IMG/VR virus record: IMGVR_UViG_3300021138_000007
Span: 48,112-112,111 of that record
DNA: 64,000 nucleotides
Strand: one strand, 5' to 3'
Source of the DNA: a virus
In this document: positions 59,457 through 64,000 of the stretch, one piece after another
Numbering within the stretch: position 1 is the first letter of the stretch
Layout: each line of letters begins with the position of its first letter
Position numbers and translations under genes: made by a program
The notes under the pieces: generated by a model
The model's database searches: none
Told to the model about the DNA's origin: nothing
What the model saw: only the letters and a program-made list of their open reading frames with translations

Positions 59457-59825
59457 TTAGTTTCTGACAGCTTGTTTCAACTGGTAAACTTGATCTTCAA
59501 GATTAGCTTTTTCAGCTTTCAGTGTTTCATTTTCTGTTGAAAATTTCTTCATACTTGCCTCATATTGATCTTGATAAACAGAAGAATCTGGCTTGTATGC
59601 TTCAAGCCAAAGTTTGCTATTAAACAAAGTACACAAAGACATAAGTCCTGTAATACAAAGAGCGGCGATAGCAATAATTGCAGTATTTTCGTTCCAATTA
59701 CTGCCTTTAATCATCCAAAAGATGATAACTGCTAGAATTAACAAAGACACAAAACCTAAAACAAGATATGTGACTCCATGAATATGAGCGGCGTCTGATA
59801 ATGCGTGTAATGTTTTATCTGGCAT
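59457..59825 (-). CDS. two-TM membrane protein with coiled-coil tail
   Basis: Hydrophobic segments. Confidence 0.6.
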   Translation of the reverse strand: MPDKTLHALSDAAHIHGVTYLVLGFVSLLILAVIIFWMIKGSNWNENTAIIAIAALCITGLMSLCTLFNSKLWLEAYKPDSSVYQDQYEASMKKFSTENETLKAEKANLEDQVYQLKQAVRN

Positions 59826-59846
59826 GACTGTATGATACTTTATGTG

Positions 59847-60032
59847 TCATTCTTTTGTCAATATATCTGGGTTCGAAAAAACTTCTATGCAGAATAAAAT
59901 AAATGCTGCTCCAAGCCAGGTGCTAAAATCAAATATGATATGTTTATCAAATAGAAGATTTATTGATAATATCAAACCATAAGGACAGACAATAAAACAA
60001 ATGATGTTGTAAATAATTGTTATTAATTTCAT
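59847..60032 (-). CDS. small membrane protein
   Basis: Hydrophobic 61 aa. Confidence 0.5.
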   Translation of the reverse strand: MKLITIIYNIICFIVCPYGLILSINLLFDKHIIFDFSTWLGAAFILFCIEVFSNPDILTKE

Positions 60033-60046
60033 ACTCGAATTATCGG

Positions 60047-60412
60047 CTAATGAAGAACGATTTTTACAATTCCTTGCATTGTGACACTCAAATTATTTAC
60101 AGTATTAGATACTCCATCTAAAAGATTGAGATCACTTTGTTCTTGTGCTGTTCGAATTTGTTTTGCGAAAAGTTCGAAAAAATTATACGCCAGACTCTCG
60201 AAATTTGTTTGCAGTTGAGTAAGTTTTTCAGAGTCAGTCATATTTGATGTATCCACGCCAGCGTTAAGATCATCAAGATTAAATTTATCATTTCTAGTTA
60301 AAGATAATTCGGTTCCAGAGTGCGACATGGTATAATTGATTGTCGCACTTCCGTCTGTGTTATCTGTGATATGATTAACAATATAACTGATAGATATAGA
60401 AAGATCAGGCAT
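60047..60412 (-). CDS. hypothetical protein
   Basis: ORF track. Confidence 0.55.
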   Translation of the reverse strand: MPDLSISISYIVNHITDNTDGSATINYTMSHSGTELSLTRNDKFNLDDLNAGVDTSNMTDSEKLTQLQTNFESLAYNFFELFAKQIRTAQEQSDLNLLDGVSNTVNNLSVTMQGIVKIVLH

Positions 60413-60432
60413 ATTGTTTTATACTCGAAAAA

Positions 60433-60654
60433 TTAAACTATTGCCTTTAGTTGTTTATCTATTTCGGCAATTTTATTTTCGAAAATCTGTTTACTCTTTG
60501 TGAGTGCTTCTTTATGTGTGAATATTTCATCTTCATTATAGATGAATCTATTATCACAAATATATCTTGCTTTATCACAAGATATGATTTTGTGTTTATG
60601 TATACTTCCGTTTTTACTAACGCTGTATACAATTTCATTAATCGAATATTTCAT
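60433..60654 (-). CDS. hypothetical protein
   Basis: ORF track. Confidence 0.5.
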   Translation of the reverse strand: MKYSINEIVYSVSKNGSIHKHKIISCDKARYICDNRFIYNEDEIFTHKEALTKSKQIFENKIAEIDKQLKAIV

Positions 60655-60767
60655 GCTTATATTGTACCTCGAAAATTAATTATGGGAATTTATTTTACAT
60701 CTTAAAATAAATGTTGGGACCGTTTTTGTTATTTAATTTAATTAGGGAAAGAACTTCCCTAATTAAA

Positions 60768-61223
60768 TTACTTATTGTGTTTTCGACTATACACTTTAAT
60801 ACCTTTGTGTTCTTTAGGCGTATAGTAAGTCAGAGTTTCTTGACTGCCATAAAGAATAATGCCACAACATTGAATATTGAGATTAAACACAAAACAGGCG
60901 TCATTGTATTCTTTGATTCTTTTGACAATAAAATCGACTGTTGCTCCAGTGTGCATCAAATCATCAACAATCACATAGTTCTTGCATTTAATAGAAGATG
61001 CTTCAATCCCATAACTTGAATGAGATGAATCCCTCTCCTTTCTTACGAATAGAAGATTTTTATTCATCTTTTCTGCAACAATGGGAGCGATGAGTGCTCC
61101 AGACATTCCAGAGAAAGCAATCGTATCGCAATCAATTTGTTCGATCATTTTACAAACAAAATCGATTGTTTTCTTTCTTGCTGCTTTATCGAGTGCGGAT
61201 TGGAGATAACTTGTGTGAGCCAT
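60768..61223 (-). CDS. type I phosphoribosyltransferase-like protein
   Basis: SG...VRK; YVIVDDLMHTGAT PRPP-binding motif. Confidence 0.82.
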   Translation of the reverse strand: MAHTSYLQSALDKAARKKTIDFVCKMIEQIDCDTIAFSGMSGALIAPIVAEKMNKNLLFVRKERDSSHSSYGIEASSIKCKNYVIVDDLMHTGATVDFIVKRIKEYNDACFVFNLNIQCCGIILYGSQETLTYYTPKEHKGIKVYSRKHNK

Positions 61224-61259
61224 ACACGTAGTATACCCTATTAATTGGGCATTTTAGAG

Positions 61260-61580
61260 CTATACGAAATTGCCTGTTACATCGTTTTTATCGACATCAA
61301 CTGGATATACTGGGTGAATATTGAAAGATTCAATGTATTGAAAATCATCTTCTTCTCTTTGTGAGTCCTCGAAAAGTTCAACAGCCTTTTCCCATTCACG
61401 ATTTTCGAGCAATTCAAGAATATCAGGAATGTCGTCGCTATTTAAGCGTTGTGGATTTTCGCGCAGTTCTTCTTTAATTCCACGAATAACAATATCAATT
61501 GCTTTATCTAGTGAACTTGCCACCCAAATCGACGGACCATCTTCAAAATGGTATGTGACTACGTATAATGTTTGTTCCAT
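61260..61580 (-). CDS. hypothetical acidic protein
   Basis: GGTATACT-N6-ATG. Confidence 0.6.
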   Translation of the reverse strand: MEQTLYVVTYHFEDGPSIWVASSLDKAIDIVIRGIKEELRENPQRLNSDDIPDILELLENREWEKAVELFEDSQREEDDFQYIESFNIHPVYPVDVDKNDVTGNFV

Positions 61581-61596
61581 GATGCTAGTATACCTC

Positions 61597-61983
61597 TCAA
61601 ACTGTGTTGTAATTCGATCTTTTAATCATATTAATGATTCTTGTATAGATCATCGCACCTTTTGACAAGACATTAACTCCAGTAAGTTGTTCTTTTTCGA
61701 TTTCGTCATTAAGGTAGTTCATGCTTGATCCAGAGATTAGGAATACAGGAACATTAACCCCCATTGATCTTAGAGTCTTGATATAGCTAATGCCATTTTG
61801 TCTACCAATCCCGTAATCATAATCAGTGAAGACAAAATCAGGCTGAAAACCATTTTCGATTTCTCTTGTAGCTTGATCTGCAAATTCAAACCCACGAACG
61901 TCGGCATCAGGAAAAGCATCTTTAATGCATCTTACAGATGCATTGAGAATTTCAGTAGAATCATCGGAAATCAAAAAGTTCAT
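61597..61983 (-). CDS. stand-alone response-regulator receiver (CheY-like)
   Basis: LISDD, PDFVFTDY, NG, FLISG, LSK. Confidence 0.78.
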   Translation of the reverse strand: MNFLISDDSTEILNASVRCIKDAFPDADVRGFEFADQATREIENGFQPDFVFTDYDYGIGRQNGISYIKTLRSMGVNVPVFLISGSSMNYLNDEIEKEQLTGVNVLSKGAMIYTRIINMIKRSNYNTV

Positions 61984-62030
61984 GTTGTTAGTATACCTTA
62001 ATTTCTTTATTGAGAATCATCTTCTTCTCA

Positions 62031-62267
62031 TTATTGCTCCTGCAAAATTTCATGCGGAAATGTTTCATCGAATTGCCATCCTAGATACATTCCATCATCG
62101 CAACATACAACTTTCGCAATGCCTAGAGTTTGAAGAGACACCGCAATTTTTGTCTCATCCTCATTGAGATTGTCAAATGAAGCAAGACACGTCCAATCAC
62201 CATCAGAAATACCGTTTTTAATTTTCTGATAAACTTCAAATTCTTTTGCGTTGAGAGCGATCTTCAT
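62031..62267 (-). CDS. hypothetical protein
   Basis: GGTATACT-N6-ATG. Confidence 0.55.
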   Translation of the reverse strand: MKIALNAKEFEVYQKIKNGISDGDWTCLASFDNLNEDETKIAVSLQTLGIAKVVCCDDGMYLGWQFDETFPHEILQEQ

Positions 62268-62659
62268 GCTGTTAGTATACCTTGATTATGGATGAAATCA
62301 ATTGCTTTTTTGAAATCACTCCAATCTTTTCGAACAACAACGACATCAGGTATATTAGGAAATTCTTGGCGTCTGATTGCATTCGAAATTTCATTAGAGA
62401 CTGATCCAATGATTAGAAAAGCGGGAGCAGTGATTCCTTTTGTTCGTAGAGTTTTGAGATAATCATCTCCATTGAGTTTTCCAAATGGGTATTTGTAGTC
62501 AGTCAAGATGACATCGGGTTGAAAACCATTTTCGATTTCTTGAATAGCCTGTTCTGTATATTGGCATCCTCGAATTTCAACGTCTTTGCAAGTTGTTTCA
62601 AGGTATTTGACGAGAGAGTTAAGGAAGCCTGCATAGCCAGCAGAAATCAAAATCTTCAT
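62264..62659 (-). CDS. degenerate receiver-domain paralog
   Basis: IENGFQPDVILTDY shared with 61597-61983; lacks the N-terminal DD. Confidence 0.7.
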   Translation of the reverse strand: MKILISAGYAGFLNSLVKYLETTCKDVEIRGCQYTEQAIQEIENGFQPDVILTDYKYPFGKLNGDDYLKTLRTKGITAPAFLIIGSVSNEISNAIRRQEFPNIPDVVVVRKDWSDFKKAIDFIHNQGILTA

Positions 62660-62910
62660 GATCTGATTATACCAGATTCCCATGAAATAAAGAGAGTATT
62701 AGAGCCTTTTAACCACATCATTTTAAGCCCTTGATCTTTGAGTTCTTCCATGACATAATCTGCATAATCTTTATTAGGAAGCTCGATTTTGATAGATAGT
62801 TTGCCCTCTGATGCGGCCTTTTCGCATCTTTCCACGATTCTGTCAAATTCTGTGGAAATTGCGTTATGATATAGATTACAAAGACGTTCGCCAAAAGTTC
62901 GTGCTATCAT
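62656..62910 (-). CDS. hypothetical protein, paralog of 57085-57333
   Basis: AASEG...LFISW. Confidence 0.55.
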   Translation of the reverse strand: MIARTFGERLCNLYHNAISTEFDRIVERCEKAASEGKLSIKIELPNKDYADYVMEELKDQGLKMMWLKGSNTLFISWESGIIRS

Positions 62911-62917
62911 TTTTTTA

Positions 62918-63151
62918 TTATACCTTGATCTTTAAGCTTTTAGCAAAGGAAATTAATCTCTTAGCTGAAAATAAATATTGATTTCCTCGCATAAAAAACG
63001 AATATGGCTCTATCAATTTTTCTAGATCGCCACGTTCTTTATTGATAGAACCCCACAAAGTCAAAGTAAAAATAGGCCCATCTTTGACAACAGTAACTTT
63101 TAATGCTTCTTCAATTTTAAGTGCTGCCAATTCGCTTTTACTTTGCTTCAT
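62918..63151 (-). CDS. hypothetical protein
   Basis: ORF track. Confidence 0.5.
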   Translation of the reverse strand: MKQSKSELAALKIEEALKVTVVKDGPIFTLTLWGSINKERGDLEKLIEPYSFFMRGNQYLFSAKRLISFAKSLKIKV

Positions 63152-63155
63152 GTTT

Positions 63156-63407
63156 CTATTCTACCTCGCCAAAATAGATAGTAGGAGTTTTTCTATTGAG
63201 ATATGTTAAGATAACTCCATATTTCGTGTTGTCGAATCCGACATATTCCCAGTTGTTATGTTCTCCAGAATTCTCCACCAAATCTTCAATTCCAACATAG
63301 AAGCTTTTTCTTGATTTTCTGGCTAGATAATCTTGTGCTTGGTAACCATTTCCACTAATGCCGCCAACTTCGCGGTCAATAAGGACAAACCAAAGATTTC
63401 TTTCCAA
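63156..63407 (-). CDS. hypothetical protein
   Basis: ORF track; start uncertain. Confidence 0.45.
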   Translation of the reverse strand: MERNLWFVLIDREVGGISGNGYQAQDYLARKSRKSFYVGIEDLVENSGEHNNWEYVGFDNTKYGVILTYLNRKTPTIYFGEVE

Positions 63408-63426
63408 GTCATGATTTCATTATACC

Positions 63427-63867
63427 TCAAACGACAAAGAGTTTTCCTTCTGAAATACCAGAAAATATTGCTGTTGGGTCTGACATGGATGTGATTTCCG
63501 AACCTTCTTTAGCAGTTCGCGTAATTTCATCTTCTGCCTTTAGTAACATAGCGTGTTTACTAGGCACACAACCAATCAAAATAGGACAATGTGTTTTGAT
63601 TGTTAGCCTTTTCAAATTTGGGTAATATAAAGAAATTCTGTGAAACAACATTCTTCTTTCTATAATGTTGAGCCAACGTTCAGGAAATGAAATGAGAATA
63701 TCATCAACTTTATTATCAACTCTTTTTTCTTTGAAGCAATTCTTCATAATTCCTAGGCCGAGATAGCTTTCATATTCAAAATCATCAGCAAGAAAATCTG
63801 GTCTACGCAGAATAATAACTTCCGCTTTTTCCAGTGAGCTAAAATAATCTCCAACATCGAATGACAT
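63427..63867 (-). CDS. hypothetical protein
   Basis: GGTATAAT-N6-ATG. Confidence 0.6.
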   Translation of the reverse strand: MSFDVGDYFSSLEKAEVIILRRPDFLADDFEYESYLGLGIMKNCFKEKRVDNKVDDILISFPERWLNIIERRMLFHRISLYYPNLKRLTIKTHCPILIGCVPSKHAMLLKAEDEITRTAKEGSEITSMSDPTAIFSGISEGKLFVV

Positions 63868-64000
63868 GATCCTATTATACCACGATATTCGATTAGTGTC
63901 AAGGGTGAGAAAACTGTTCTTAAAAATCTAATGAATTCTAGAAATTCTTTATAAATTTCTTGTATAAAAAGAGTGTCAGCGAAAGCTGACTGTACATTGA

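Larger units (their letters stand above)
42628..60721. repeat. dispersed array of ~28 fixed-spacing ~34-bp dyad sites delimiting gene/RNA cassettes
   Basis: Consensus nGTC-N4-CAT-N3-TT-TTAAGAY-RYAAAATAAA. Forward copies (G of GTC): 42724, 43846, 44119, 45261, 46232, 47263, 49333, 49822, 52140, 53365, 54105, 56284, 56810. Reverse copies start near 42628, 43369, 44864, 46843, 47948, 48996, 50201, 51306, 51781, 55138, 55742, 58223, 58570, 59374, 60689. All are intergenic relative to the genes called here. Confidence 0.93.

Noticed and set aside
42628-60721. CRISPR array interpretation of the ~34-bp repeats
   Set aside because: Copies are about 0.1-1.4 kb apart, in both orientations, degenerate and separated by genes; no cas operon
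42628-60721. Classical integron attC array or MITE/IS ends
   Set aside because: No GTTRRRY/RYYYAAC boxes, mixed orientation, cassettes have their own promoters, and no integrase, transposase or target duplications seen
49768-62683. MWY-like starts at 49786, 53404 and 62683 as members of the MWY-leader family
   Set aside because: They arise from translating the TGGTATA(C/A)T -10 box; the real starts lie just downstream
1-64000. Stop-codon reassignment, retron or DGR
   Set aside because: Conserved genes are intact in the standard code and no reverse transcriptase motif was seen

Overview
AT-rich fragment of a large (jumbo-type) dsDNA phage genome, standard genetic code. (1) 1-22.8 kb, minus strand: replication/recombination block (RecJ, dCMP deaminase, split DnaG primase, RecA, SSB-like protein, DnaE with an internal palm duplication, DnaB, DnaC-like loader, Ycf46-like AAA+ ATPase, split SbcC with SbcD). 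(2) 22.8-41.6 kb: mixed auxiliary and probable virion genes (RusA, SLOG, Fic, PD-(D/E)XK nuclease, BglII/BstYI-like endonuclease, Tyr-phosphatase, Ugd, RNase AS-like, HisRS-like fragment, GNAT), including a family of unrelated proteins that begin MWY(K/R) behind an AGGA-N19-AATA promoter-like motif. (3) After a non-coding boundary at 41.6-42.0 kb, an early/host-takeover-like region. From 42.6 to 60.7 kb it is partitioned by about 28 copies of a ~34-bp fixed-spacing dyad site (GTC-N4-CAT-N3-TT-TTAAGAY-RYAAAATAAA) in both orientations. Nearly every interval is a self-contained promoter-cargo-terminator cassette carrying small proteins (ArdC, DUF6011, L7/L12-like, Gp88-like, a three-member paralog family) or structured RNAs (including a YrlA-like circularly permuted tRNA mimic). 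Identical flanks are reused with unrelated cargo. This cassette array is the best candidate for an undescribed system; no recombinase gene is visible in the window. All calls are by eye, without database searches.
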